Virus record (IMG/VR): IMGVR_UViG_3300031787_000077
Location: 1-64,000 of that record
Origin: an uncultured virus (IMG/VR IMGVR_UViG_3300031787_000077)
Taxonomy: Duplodnaviria > Heunggongvirae > Uroviricota > Caudoviricetes
Length of the DNA: 64,000 nucleotides
Reading direction: 5' to 3' (one strand)
A model generated the notes under the pieces. That model ran no database searches, was not told where the DNA came from, and worked only from the letters and a program-made list of their open reading frames with translations. The stretch's first letter is position 1, and each line of letters starts with the position of its first letter. The position numbers and the translations under genes are program-made. Of the stretch, positions 11,744 to 23,237 are shown piece by piece.

Positions 11744-13110
11744 TGATAACAGGACAAACGCTCATAGATTTGGGATATAAACCATCGAAATGGTTTAAAA
11801 ATGTTATTGATTATGCTAATGCTAATCAACTAGACAACAATGGTATCGTATCATATATTGAGTCTATTGTGCCTAAAACTATAGAACCCTATAATAATCC
11901 CATATCTTTTCATAAAAATATAGTTGCTAATAATAAGCAGGAACAGTCTAATATAGATAGTGTTTGTGCTGCAATGAATAGTATATTAAGAATTCCTACT
12001 GCTGTTAATGCAGCAATTATGCCCGATGCCTGTCCTACTGGCAAGGGAGAAATTCCTGTTGGTGGAATAGTAGTCACAAAAAACGCTATTCATCCTAGTA
12101 TGCACAGTGCTGATATTTGTTGTTCAGTAATGGCTACAGATTTAGGCTACGCTGACCCAAAGAGCGTATTAGATGCTGCTTTTGAAACCACTCATTTTGG
12201 TATTGGCGGTCGAGATAGAGACAATCAATTAGTTAGATTGCCATCCGACCTTAAAGAAAAGATCATGAATAATTACTATCTAAATAGTAATAAGAGTTTA
12301 AACTATGCTCATAGCCATCTTGGTACTCAAGGAGATGGAAATCATTTCTTGTTCGTGGGGAAAAGCAAGAGTAATGGTCATACATATTTGGTGACTCATC
12401 ATGGTAGCAGAGGGTTTGGGGCTAATCTTTATAAGGAAGGTATGTATAAGGCCCAAATGTTTCGTCAAGAAATAGCACCCAATGTTGATCCTAAAAACGC
12501 ATGGATTCCATATAATACAAAAGAGGGAAATGATTATTGGGAGGCTTTACAAATTGTAAGAGAGTGGACAAAACTTAATCATGAGTCTCTGCATGATGCT
12601 ATTAAGGTTAAAGTATCTAGATTTTTATATTCTGATAGATTTTGGAATGAGCATAATTTTGTCTTTAAGAAAGACGATATTTTTTATCACGCAAAAGGCG
12701 CTACTCCAATGACCAATGATTTTGTTCCAGACTCAACAAGTGGACTCAGATTAGTTCCTCTTAATATGAGTGAGCCTATTTTGGTAATGAAAGAGTCACC
12801 CAACCTTACAGGATTGGGATTTGCCCCTCATGGAGCAGGCAGAGAATATAGCAGAACAGAGCATTGTAGAATTAAATTACAACATAAAAATGGCTATCAA
12901 TTATTTGAAGAAGAAACACAGGGTCTTGACGTTAGGTTTTTTTCTGGTAAGATAGATATAAGCGAACTGCCAAGTGCTTACAAAAATGCCGACAAAATAA
13001 AAGAACAGATCAGACATTTTAATCTAGGCACTATAGTAGATGAAATAGAACCATACGGCTGTATAATGAGTGGTCATGCTGATAAGCCTTGGAGAAAAAA
13101 GAAATGTTAG
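11743..13110 (+). CDS. rtcB: RtcB family RNA 2',3'-cyclic phosphate/5'-OH ligase
   Basis: MPDACP, ADICC, GDGNHF, HHGSRG, HNF, HAKGAT, PHGAGR and ELPSAYK motifs. Confidence 0.92.
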   Translation: MITGQTLIDLGYKPSKWFKNVIDYANANQLDNNGIVSYIESIVPKTIEPYNNPISFHKNIVANNKQEQSNIDSVCAAMNSILRIPTAVNAAIMPDACPTGKGEIPVGGIVVTKNAIHPSMHSADICCSVMATDLGYADPKSVLDAAFETTHFGIGGRDRDNQLVRLPSDLKEKIMNNYYLNSNKSLNYAHSHLGTQGDGNHFLFVGKSKSNGHTYLVTHHGSRGFGANLYKEGMYKAQMFRQEIAPNVDPKNAWIPYNTKEGNDYWEALQIVREWTKLNHESLHDAIKVKVSRFLYSDRFWNEHNFVFKKDDIFYHAKGATPMTNDFVPDSTSGLRLVPLNMSEPILVMKESPNLTGLGFAPHGAGREYSRTEHCRIKLQHKNGYQLFEEETQGLDVRFFSGKIDISELPSAYKNADKIKEQIRHFNLGTIVDEIEPYGCIMSGHADKPWRKKKC

Positions 13111-13112
13111 AG

Positions 13113-14275
13113 TTTATAGCGAGACTTTTCCTAAGCACAGTATTAGCGTGTGTAATATCTGTTGCGTGTTCTGTAGGTATAACATCGCTCTTATTTCATA
13201 TTGTTCAGGTTTTTGATTTAAATCCCGGTCGTGATAATTATTGGGTGTTTAATGTAACTATAGTTTCACTAATATTTAGTTGGATAATTAGTTTTGGTTA
13301 CTTGATGTGGCATTAAATCATGAGGATCATAAAATGATTACATTTGACGAATTTCTAAAAAAAGTAGACGATACATTCTTGAATAATCACGCAGTAAGAT
13401 CACGCGGAAAAATAAAAGCAGAAAATCAATGGAGATATGGTCAAACAGTAATTAATGTATTATACGATGTTTGGGGAGAAAAATGTAGGGAAATAACCAA
13501 TACTCCCTTTGATTGTTTTTATAAAGATTCTGTGGTAAAATCTACGTTGGATAAACTAGAAAAGGAATGGATAGTATGAAAAAGAAAACTACAAAAAAGA
13601 AAAACAAACCAAAGAAACAAAAGATTGATGTTGTAATAGAATCATTAGTTCATCTTGAACAAAGGGTTAAGGAACTAACTAAAAAGGTTGAACAACTACA
13701 ATATTCTCAACCATATTATCCAAATCCCAATTACCAGTACCACAAAGTCCACCAAAATATTGGCCTAATACCGAACCCTCTTTTAAATATAAGATGTAAC
13801 CTCACATTTGTTAGTTCTTATCAAGAAGCAGAACAAATAAAAAAAGAGCTAGTAAACCTTGGTGCTAATGAAAGCGATATTATTATAAAATTTGTATCGG
13901 GTCCAAACAAATATCTAGTACAAATGAATTCTACTTATTGCGATAATGAATTTCCTGAGCCATTAGACAAATTTTTGCATGATAATGAATGGGTTGCTTT
14001 TAGAAAAATTAAATACGATAAAGAAAAAAATGAATATTTGTAATGAATTAAAGAAAGTTCAAGAGATTACAGATCCAAAAATTATAGCAGAAACAATCTG
14101 GATGGCAGATAGACCTCGTACTTGGTGGGAATGGTTTAGTTGGACATTTTATCGAAGGCTTAAATATTTTTATTGTAGTTGTTTTCATTTAAAAAATCAT
14201 CAAATAATTGCTTTTTATTCAAACTATACTCATAGATACAGATGTAATAAATGTGAAAGAGAATTTGATGAATAA
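13113..14275 (+). other. four small hypothetical genes, one a membrane protein
   Basis: Overlapping + strand ORFs at 13089, 13307, 13567 and 13979 in the ORF track. Confidence 0.6.
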
Positions 14276-14555
14276 ACTCACAATCGCTATAGATTATGAC
14301 GATACATATACTGCTGATCCTCCATTTTGGAATAAGGTAATAGAATTAGCAAAAGATCATGGTCACGATATAATTTGTATTACAGCACGAAGAAATATCT
14401 TAGAACATCGTCAAGAACTTATGAAACTTTTACCGGAAGGGATAGCAACTTATTTTTCTTATGATGAACCAAAAGCAGAGTTTATAAAAAGACAAAATAT
14501 AGTGGTGGATATTTGGATAGATGATAGTCCCGGTTGGATTGTAGGAGTCACATAA
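14268..14555 (+). CDS. HAD-family phosphatase (PNKP 3'-phosphatase-like)
   Basis: DYDDT motif I, ITAR motif II, K, and WIDD motif IV; start reassigned to MNKLTIAID. Confidence 0.75.
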   Translation: MNKLTIAIDYDDTYTADPPFWNKVIELAKDHGHDIICITARRNILEHRQELMKLLPEGIATYFSYDEPKAEFIKRQNIVVDIWIDDSPGWIVGVT

Positions 14556-14556
14556 A

Positions 14557-15582
14557 ATGAGAAAACTAGCAAGCATACAAACAGTCAAGTATGTTAAACC
14601 CATACCAGATGCCGATAGTATAGAAACTGTGGGCGTTTTGGGCTGGGAAGTTGTAAGCAAGAAGGGTGAATTTCAAACCGGCGATACTTGTTTGTTTATA
14701 GAGATTGATAGTTTACTTCCAGAAATTCCAGAGTTTGAATTTCTTCGCAAGGTTTGTTGGAATGATAATCTAAAAAAGTATAGACTCAAAACAGTAAAAT
14801 TGCGTAAACAACTATCTCAAGGATTAGCATTACCCACAAGTGTCTTTCCTATACTAGCAGGATTAACCGCTGGGGCTGATGTTACTGATCTATTAGGTAT
14901 TGAGAAATATGAACCCCCAATTCCTGCACAGATAGTGGGAGATGCAAGAAGTTTTAGTTGGCCTATAAGTAAGACTGATGAAACGCGAGTACAATTAGAT
15001 GATGAGTATGGATTTATCGAAAGATTAACCGGACAACCATACTATATCAGTTTGAAATTAGATGGAACTTCTAGTACATTTTTAATTGATCCTAAAGATG
15101 AAACTTTTCATGTTTGTGGAAGAAATTATAGTTACAAAAGAAATGATACTCATACCTTCTGGAAGATAGCACAAAGATATAATATTGAGCAGAAGTTGAG
15201 GTATTTTTGGGATAAGGGCAATAATAGAATAGCAATACAAGGCGAAATCGTAGGGCCAGGAATTCAGAAAAATCCTCTTGGACTTAGCGTTCCAGATTTA
15301 TACATATTTAATGTTATTGATATAGCCGATAATACTAGATTTTCTTTAGGTATGTCTATGTTTATTGTTCAAGAACTTGGTCTGAAATTTGTACCAATAG
15401 TTGACAAAGGCTCAAGTTTCGCTTATACTAAGACCGATCTACTAGAGATGGCGAAGGGCAAATATAAAACCCACTTCTCTTCTGCTAAAGACTCTCAGAA
15501 TCGTGAGGGAATAGTAATTCGTAGCATTTGCGGAGAGATTAGTTTTAAGGCTATAAATAATGACTTCTTACTGAAAGAGTAA
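14557..15582 (+). CDS. ATP-dependent RNA ligase, DRB0094/Rnl2-like family
   Basis: MRKLASIQ..IPDAD N-terminus, KLDGTS adenylation motif, QGEIVGPGIQKN, REGIV, FKAINNDFLL. Confidence 0.9.
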   Translation: MRKLASIQTVKYVKPIPDADSIETVGVLGWEVVSKKGEFQTGDTCLFIEIDSLLPEIPEFEFLRKVCWNDNLKKYRLKTVKLRKQLSQGLALPTSVFPILAGLTAGADVTDLLGIEKYEPPIPAQIVGDARSFSWPISKTDETRVQLDDEYGFIERLTGQPYYISLKLDGTSSTFLIDPKDETFHVCGRNYSYKRNDTHTFWKIAQRYNIEQKLRYFWDKGNNRIAIQGEIVGPGIQKNPLGLSVPDLYIFNVIDIADNTRFSLGMSMFIVQELGLKFVPIVDKGSSFAYTKTDLLEMAKGKYKTHFSSAKDSQNREGIVIRSICGEISFKAINNDFLLKE

Positions 15583-15583
15583 A

Positions 15584-16412
15584 ATGATTGATTTAAAGTG
15601 GTTTCATCCGTTCAATTTCGTATTGTATAAAAGACCCAAAATTGATGCTGCTTGGGAACCTAGTGACGACTTATATCAGTGGGGCTTTAGTCTTGACTTG
15701 ACCACCGAGATTTATTACTATACATACGATTGGGGAGTTGGTTTTAATTTCCGGTTGCTAGGATTTGGATTTGAAATAACAAAGGTGGGAGTATAAGATG
15801 AAAACCTGTCATGGTCCTCAGCCTGTTTTTCTTATATTCTTAATGATATTAGGAGTATCAGTAGCAGTCCCATTACTATCCATACAATTTGATAGTATAG
15901 ATCCTCAAAAAATATATGTTGTTATTGATGTTACCGACAGTAACGGAAAAACTTATAGAAACTTAACAAGATCGGGTGTGGGTAATTTTATAGACTATCA
16001 TCGAAACTCTTATAAATTCCATGGAAATTTTACAGAAATAACAAGAAAAGTTTCTGGAGAACAATTTTTAAAAGAAGTTCAACAGCCAGAAAAGTCTGAC
16101 AATTTAGAAAGATAAAAAATGAATATACTAATTAGCGTACTAGGAATAGTGAATATCTTATTAGGAGTGGCCAGCATACCCCCATGTTTAATGGCCGGAT
16201 TAATGGTTTTTGATGCTCCTGGCTCAACAGAAAGCATAACACATCATATAGTATCTTTTTTGTTCTTGACTTTCCCGCTAATTTGTTTAATTTGTGGAAT
16301 AACAGTTTTGTGGAGTAGTAATTGGTGGTCAATTTATCTAGCCTTATTTCCTATAAGTGAGGCATCTTTAGTTATATTTATATTTTGGGTATTTTCAGGT
16401 ACTTCAATATGA
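15584..16412 (+). other. three small hypothetical genes, two with TM segments
   Basis: ORFs at 15584, 15798 and 16119. Confidence 0.6.
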
Positions 16413-16560
16413 AACTAACCAATCAAGATTTAGATATACTAAGAGAATTACTAGAGGATAAACTCAAGAAAATAAATAACGGGCCAGAAGGAATTGAAAT
16501 TCATCAGCGACCAGAAGTTTATATTAACATCATCAAGAAGATAGATGGTCTATATTTCTC

Positions 16561-17136
16561 ATGATATATTTTAGTGCGGATCAGCATTTGGGGCATGGAC
16601 GAATTATACAATATTGTAATCGTCCATTTAATGATGTTCACGAAATGAACAAGACTATTCTTGACAATATAAACGAAGTTGTCAAGAGTGATGATACTCT
16701 ATATATACTGGGGGATTTTTGTTTTAAAGGCAAAAAGTCATTAGATTACAGATTACGAATAAATTGTCTAGATGTTCACTTAATATTAGGTAATCATGAT
16801 CGAAGAAAAGATTTTTATCCAGACGAACAGACTGTGGATATGCAGGGATTTACTTCAGTACAAGAAGTAAAAGAGATAACATATTGTAATCAAAGAATAT
16901 ATCTTAGCCATTATGCCCATAGAACTTGGCCCGCTAGTCATAAAGGATCGTGGATGCTTTATGGACATACCCACTCTAAATTAGATCATGAGGATAGAAC
17001 ATCCAACAAATTAACTCTTGATATTGGTGTGGATAATTGTGCTAATTATGGCAAACCCTTTGGTCAACCGTTTAGTTTTAAGGAAATACAACAACTATTT
17101 AATCAGAAAATGAGGATGTTAAATGAGCGACTATGA
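16561..17136 (+). CDS. calcineurin-like metallophosphoesterase
   Basis: DxH (ADQH), GD, GNHD, H and GHxH motifs. Confidence 0.88.
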   Translation: MIYFSADQHLGHGRIIQYCNRPFNDVHEMNKTILDNINEVVKSDDTLYILGDFCFKGKKSLDYRLRINCLDVHLILGNHDRRKDFYPDEQTVDMQGFTSVQEVKEITYCNQRIYLSHYAHRTWPASHKGSWMLYGHTHSKLDHEDRTSNKLTLDIGVDNCANYGKPFGQPFSFKEIQQLFNQKMRMLNERL

Positions 17137-17900
17137 CTATTTAAGTAGAGCTGAATTAATTGAAAAAATTATCACATTAAAACAAATTATTAGTGTTAAA
17201 AATAAAGAACAAGAAGAATATGAAAAATGCGTAGCCAGAGTAAATCCTCCAATACAAAAGAAAGTTGAAGAGCAAGATATTAAATTAAGCGATGCGTTTA
17301 AGTCTGATCTTAATAGTTTCCAGAGGATCAAAGAGTTAGAACGAACTATTGAAAAACAAAATGCAATTATCTCTATGGCTGCTGGTTATATTTCTGCTTC
17401 TAAAAGATTTAGTAGTAGTCATCCTATGGATGTTATGAAATGGTTAATGGGAGGTATGTAATGAAATATATTTATTCACTAATACTATTACTTGTTCCTC
17501 TTGGTCAACACTATACTTTAGAACCAAATACTCCAGTATGGTTTTGCATACCGGATGAACTTGGTTGGACAAGAGGAAATGTGGTACATCTATGGGGCTA
17601 TTATCCTATGGTGAGTAGCGATAAGGGATTAAAAGATTTTAAAGATATTAACTGGGAGATAGGATATGAGTAAATATAAGATCTGTAAATTCGTTAATGG
17701 CAATAACAAAGAATGGTATCAGATACAAAAAAAAGGATGGTTGTTTTGGAGTTATTTATGTACATATGAATGGTTTAGGAATGTAGAAGTACCTCCTTTA
17801 AGAAAAATATTAACATTTGAATCCATAGAAAAAGCATCAGAACACATTGAAATGATTAAGAACATTAAAAGAAGTAATATCATTAAGAAAGTAGAGTGTA

Positions 17901-18443
17901 TTGATTATGAACCTAAATGATAAATTATACTATTGGGTAGCAATATTTGCATCTATTGGTTCAGTCTTGTGTTGGTTTGTTTTAAACCCTATTCATAAAG
18001 CAAATCTACAAAAAATAAACAAACCTCCACTATTAACCTGTATCTATTGCAAAGGTACTGGAGAAAGAATTGAAGATGTAAATAAACTCATGTTTATGGC
18101 AAAGATACAACTTTATTTTAATAAACATATGGTGGTTGACAAATGCGAAAAGTGTGTTAAACTACCCAACGGTGAATATGATTATTGCGACGAAGTAAAA
18201 GAAAAATATGATAGTTTTTTCAAAGACTACGAAAAAGAAGGATCAAAATTTGAGAAAACAATGTGCGGAAAATGTATGGGGGCTGGTCAATTTCAAATAT
18301 TAAGTAAAAACCCCAAAACAAATAAATGGTACACTCAAGAAGATTATGAAGAAGATGAACGAGCAAAAATTAGGGTATTACAAGAACGCAATAACAAACA
18401 ATTAACTAAGGAGAAAAAACATGACAACAACAAAGATGAATAA
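17901..18443 (+). CDS. membrane-anchored protein with DnaJ-type CxxCxGxG zinc-finger motifs
   Basis: N-terminal TM helix; CIYCKGTG and CGKCMGAG. Confidence 0.6.
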   Translation: MIMNLNDKLYYWVAIFASIGSVLCWFVLNPIHKANLQKINKPPLLTCIYCKGTGERIEDVNKLMFMAKIQLYFNKHMVVDKCEKCVKLPNGEYDYCDEVKEKYDSFFKDYEKEGSKFEKTMCGKCMGAGQFQILSKNPKTNKWYTQEDYEEDERAKIRVLQERNNKQLTKEKKHDNNKDE

Positions 18444-20672
18444 TCTAACAAAAGAACAAAAGTTTGTAATCTTCTGGCTTTATAATAGAGTGGCCCAACA
18501 GATTCCATCCAACCCTATTGATTTTGGAGACAATGATATTATTGTTAATGGAATTAATGTAACGGAAATGGTTAGAGACTTACTACAGGATAGATTGTTT
18601 GTATGAATCAAATGAATAACTTTGTAGAGCATATAAAAAATCTTAAATCTTTCTTATTAAAGCAAGAAGATCGTGAAAGACAAACAGGAAGATCAACTAG
18701 AATTATAAATCAAGCAAAACATCAAAGATCGACCGTAGTGTGTGCTAACTATAGACAAAAATTGGAATTTGAACATTTGGGGATTGAGACTATAACTCTA
18801 GAACAATACCACAAAGAAAAATGCGGATCATCAAAAACTTATTTATTTGATCACCTTACGATCTACTACATAATGGATAAGCACTATTCTCAACTGATTG
18901 AGGAATACGGAAATTAAAAGATAAAAACCGTGAATGTAAAATTACAGGAGTTTAAGTTTATTCTTATGTTCTTGGTCCTTCTCGACAGCATTATTTTGAC
19001 AGTCTTGACAAAGAACTAGACGCTGTGGTACAATGGCACAAGGACGAAATGAATACACACTACAATGAATATGGAGAGCCAGTATGAAAGACCGATTTGA
19101 TCTTGAAACTGAAATAACTTTTCTATATAACTTTTCTACTAATCTTAGAACTATTAGTGAAGGAGTTCTTGAGCATAATTTAAGTCACGATGAAATTGTT
19201 AATGCTCTTGAAGGAGTAGCAGTTATGCTAGATTTGCAAGTTAATAAATTAAGTGATACTATGGCTCAGTGTTTTAAACTGGATCAATATTATGAGGGTA
19301 AGAATGAATTCTAAACTACAAAGTGATATTGAAAATTTTATTCATAGTGTTGGACAATATATTTTAATGGAGTATGAAAACTTTTACTCTCTATTTCAGC
19401 AGTCAGATATGTTCGATTTTATCGGTAGTTATTATTTGGGTGGTAGTAATGTGCCAGATACAGCAAGGTGTGTTATTGAACTAATCCTTATGAATCATAG
19501 AGCAAACAATGATTAAGCACTTTCCAATTACAAATACAGACAAAGTTATTGAGCATTATTCACAACGGGATGGTGTTCCTATTAGTTATGTGTGTACCAC
19601 AGACTTAAAGTGGCATGATTCTCCAGAAGATATTTTTTATAGAGCAACTCCCCATCCACAATTTGGTAATAAATATTTTGCCCTAAGAGCAACTGATGAT
19701 GGTTTTTATATATCTAATGCTGATAAGGTTGAGGATTTTACTTTTGGGTGTGTGAAAGATGATGATGGTAATCTACAGTATAGTCGATCTAGGCATGAAT
19801 ATAAAGCATTTAATAACGGCCATATGATTGATGGTGGCAGACACTATATTAGACATAGTGGTGATATTGACGTTTATGTTGTGCGTAATGGTCAAATGGT
19901 AAAAGAGAGTAGTAATGGAACCTAATCTAGAATATGATTTGCTAAAAACCGATTGGATTGTACAGAAGTGTAGGGGTAGTACAGTTTACAGTCAAAATTT
20001 ATACGCCGCACTATGCAATAACGATTTTTACTATGGCGATGATGGGTGGGGTTGTTCGTGGAGAATGAGCGGTGGAATAGTAGCAGATATACGAGATTGT
20101 GGGGAAACTTATATTGATTGGTATTGTTCTGGTATGAGTAATAAGGATGGTTTTGTGGGCGAAAGTTTTATAACAGATGAAATTAGACTAGATTTACTCA
20201 AAATTGGTTGGACTATTAAAGAGGAAAAAAATGCCCAAAGTAACGATAACCTTTGATTTACCAGAAGAACAGTCTGAATTTGATTGTGCTATTAATGCTG
20301 GTAAGTTTAAAAATGCAGTATGGAATTTTGAACAACAACTACGATCTTTTTATAAATATCATCACGATTTTAAAACCGCCCACGATGCTGTTCAAGGAAT
20401 TAGAGCCTGTTTTTATCAGTGTTTGAAGGAACACAATGTATCAACAGACTGAAGTGGTATGATATAGAATGAAATTTCTAGAATTTCTAAATCTAGTTGA
20501 TAGAACATACCATCTATTTAATTGGAGGTATGGACAAAGTTTAATGAATGTGCTATACTCAGTTAGTCCCAGTAAGTACGACAATTTGGTTGCTGCTGGT
20601 GAAGATTGCTACTATGATGATAGTAAGGTTCACCAAGTTATATCTAAGTTAGAAAACGAATGGAAAAATTAG
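18421..20672 (+). other. array of small hypothetical genes and one headless gene remnant (about 18957-19087)
   Basis: Overlapping ORFs at 18421, 18603, 19084, 19253, 19509, 19915, 20204 and 20469. Confidence 0.65.
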
Positions 20673-21169
20673 GATTAAAATTTGTTGCAGACTATATCTC
20701 TGTTGAAGAAGAAATTCAACTTATTACTGATATAGAGAATTTTCGTAAAACTAATCCTAAATTGGTAGCAAATTATGGAGATAATAATTATGATAGTATT
20801 TACTTTGGAGACAGATATAAAAAGCCCATTGATGATGCTTTTGAGTCACTAAAAAATGTTTATACTAGATTAATTAAGGATAATTATATACAAGATGTTC
20901 CATTTGGGATTGCTATCAATAAATATAAAAAGGGACAAAAAATAGCAGCACACATAGATAAACCCATTAGTGGGCCTATTGTTACGATTCTTAGTTTAGG
21001 ATCAGTATCAACAATGGTTTTTAAAAAATCTAATCACTCTGCTGTTGATATAGAATTATTTCCACGCAGTATCATAAGAATGATGGGTGATATTAGAGAT
21101 AATTGGACTCATGAAATTTTACCAGTAATAGATACTAGATATTCAGTAGTATTTCGGTCACTTAACTAA
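20660..21169 (+). CDS. AlkB-like 2OG-Fe(II) dioxygenase
   Basis: INxY..GQKIAAHID (HxD), LSLGS, WTHEI, and RYSVVFR (RxSxxFR). Confidence 0.85.
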   Translation: MEKLGLKFVADYISVEEEIQLITDIENFRKTNPKLVANYGDNNYDSIYFGDRYKKPIDDAFESLKNVYTRLIKDNYIQDVPFGIAINKYKKGQKIAAHIDKPISGPIVTILSLGSVSTMVFKKSNHSAVDIELFPRSIIRMMGDIRDNWTHEILPVIDTRYSVVFRSLN

Positions 21170-21176
21170 TATAGTC

Positions 21177-21797
21177 ATGCTAATAGTCAAAAAACAACCC
21201 TATAATAGTGTTTGGGTGAGCGCATCAACACAAGATGAACTAGGATTAACTTTCATGCGTTTTCAAGAACACTATGAAAGTGCTAATCCTAGATTTCGTA
21301 ATAATATTTTTACACTAGGAGAATTAAGACACTGGTATTCTGAAACATATGGCTCAAATAGTTATCATGCTCATTGGATAGGGTTCAATTTTCCCAGTAA
21401 AGTATTGGTTCCCTTTAAAGATGGATTATTTGACCCGTTAACAACTGAAGAAAATAATCTTATACAACTATTAGGCTATCGTAAAGATCATTTCTATATT
21501 ATAGGCGCTCAAACCAACGAGATACTGCGTCATGAATTAAGTCATGCACTATACGCCTCTAATGCTAAATATAAACTAGAAATAGACTCTTTTATTTCCA
21601 AACACAAAAATAAACTTAAAAAGTCTTTATCTTATATCTTAGATAAAGGATATTGTAAAGAGGTTCTAAACGATGAACTTCAAGCATACATAACAGATAA
21701 TGACGACAATGAACTGATTAATATTACTTGTCCAACAGTAATTGCTGGTATCAACAAGATTTTTCAAAAGTATAACACAGCAGGAATAAAGAAATGA
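21177..21797 (+). CDS. HExxH-motif putative metalloprotein
   Basis: ILRHELSHALY, with downstream DELQAY. Confidence 0.55.
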   Translation: MLIVKKQPYNSVWVSASTQDELGLTFMRFQEHYESANPRFRNNIFTLGELRHWYSETYGSNSYHAHWIGFNFPSKVLVPFKDGLFDPLTTEENNLIQLLGYRKDHFYIIGAQTNEILRHELSHALYASNAKYKLEIDSFISKHKNKLKKSLSYILDKGYCKEVLNDELQAYITDNDDNELINITCPTVIAGINKIFQKYNTAGIKK

Positions 21798-22513
21798 AAG
21801 AAGAATTATCTGATGAGGAAAAGTTTTATTACGAATGGGTCAAAAATAATCTAGAGTATATTAATCAGCATAAAAACTCTATTGAGGTTATGAAAAAATT
21901 GTATATGATTGGTTTTTCAGACGGTTTTACCTATCAAAGAAAACTCCGAGCAGAAGAAGAATTACAAAAATGAGTCCTATGTATAATCCAGATGACTGGA
22001 GTGAAGAATTTAATATCGTATTAAAATACGAACCAATGAGTAGTAGCACAGTAAATAAAATATTAACACAATATAAACATGATGATATTTTAAATTATAT
22101 CAAAGAACTCTGGAATCTAATTGATTATCAGAGAAAACTTATAAATGAACAAAATCAACATATTGTTGCTTTTAAACATAAAGAAGCGTGGAAAAGATAC
22201 GATCTTCCCGAACAATCTTTTAAAGTTTCTGTTGACAAACCGCCGAAAGATGGTAATATGAGTTGCTAGGAGGCTATCTATATGCTGTGGACAGAGGTTC
22301 GTTTTTGGGCAAAATCTCATGGGTACGAAGTTTTAAAAGATAAGGGCGATGAAGAAAAGGACGAGCCAGTAACATACTACTGGTCTAAAATTGACGACCC
22401 TAGTGTTAGTGGAGTTAGTCCAAGTGTTAGCAAACTTGCCAGGGATATTTACAACAATATTACAAATAATGCTTGGGTAGATCATCAAAAAGAATACAAG
22501 GAAAAACACATCA

Positions 22514-22621
22514 ATGAACGTAAAACTAATTAGTTTAACTCCAGACGCAGAAAAAAACATAGCATATTGTGCTAGAGTGTCCAACCCAAACAATCAAGGT
22601 TTAGATAATTATGCTAAATAA
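22514..22621 (+). pseudogene. thyX: 35-codon N-terminal remnant of a second, different thyX
   Basis: Manual translation MNVKLISLTPDAEKNIAYCARVSNPNNQGLDNYAK*, a typical ThyX N-terminus, overlapping the start of the intact thyX. Confidence 0.8.
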
Positions 22622-23237
22622 AGTTGAACTACTAGGATATTATGGAAATGATAAAATTCATGCTTGTTCTGCATGGACTAGTACATCTAGAGACTTATCG
22701 GAAGATAAGATTGATCGAATACCTAAACTATTAAAAATGTTAGCGGATGAAGGTCATCATACTCCTTTTGAAAAAAGTTATTTACATTTTTTAGTAACAA
22801 CAGATATAGCATCGCACATTCATATAATTAAACACAGAATAGGAGTAAGTGTTAATGGCGAATCTGCAAGATATAAAGAGATTAAGGAAGATCAATATTT
22901 AATTCCTGAAGATTGGCCTTTAATTTGGCAAGAACAACTTAAATCTTATACTCAACTAGGTTTGGATAAATACCATAATTGTATAGAAAGTTTAGTTAAT
23001 GATTATGGTTTCGATAGAAAAAGAGCCAAAGAAAGTGCTAGATTTTTTAGACCATACAATACCCAGATTACTTCTGATGTAAGTTTTAATTGGAGAAGTT
23101 TTTATCATTTTCAATCATTACGCAATAAACCTAATGCTCAGTTAGAAATTAGAGAAATTGCACAAACTATGTTAGATTTAGTAAAAAATATTGATAATAA
23201 TCCATTTAAATATACAATAGAGGCATTTGGATTATAA
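22611..23237 (+). CDS. thyX: flavin-dependent thymidylate synthase
   Basis: GHHTPFE, KHRxxxSxNxESARY ThyX motif, AKESARF, AQLEIR. Confidence 0.92.
   Translation: MLNKVELLGYYGNDKIHACSAWTSTSRDLSEDKIDRIPKLLKMLADEGHHTPFEKSYLHFLVTTDIASHIHIIKHRIGVSVNGESARYKEIKEDQYLIPEDWPLIWQEQLKSYTQLGLDKYHNCIESLVNDYGFDRKRAKESARFFRPYNTQITSDVSFNWRSFYHFQSLRNKPNAQLEIREIAQTMLDLVKNIDNNPFKYTIEAFGL

Noticed and set aside
18603..18917. Terminase or helicase call from RQTGRST
   Set aside because: Only 104 aa, the Walker A lysine is replaced and there is no intact Walker B; left as hypothetical.
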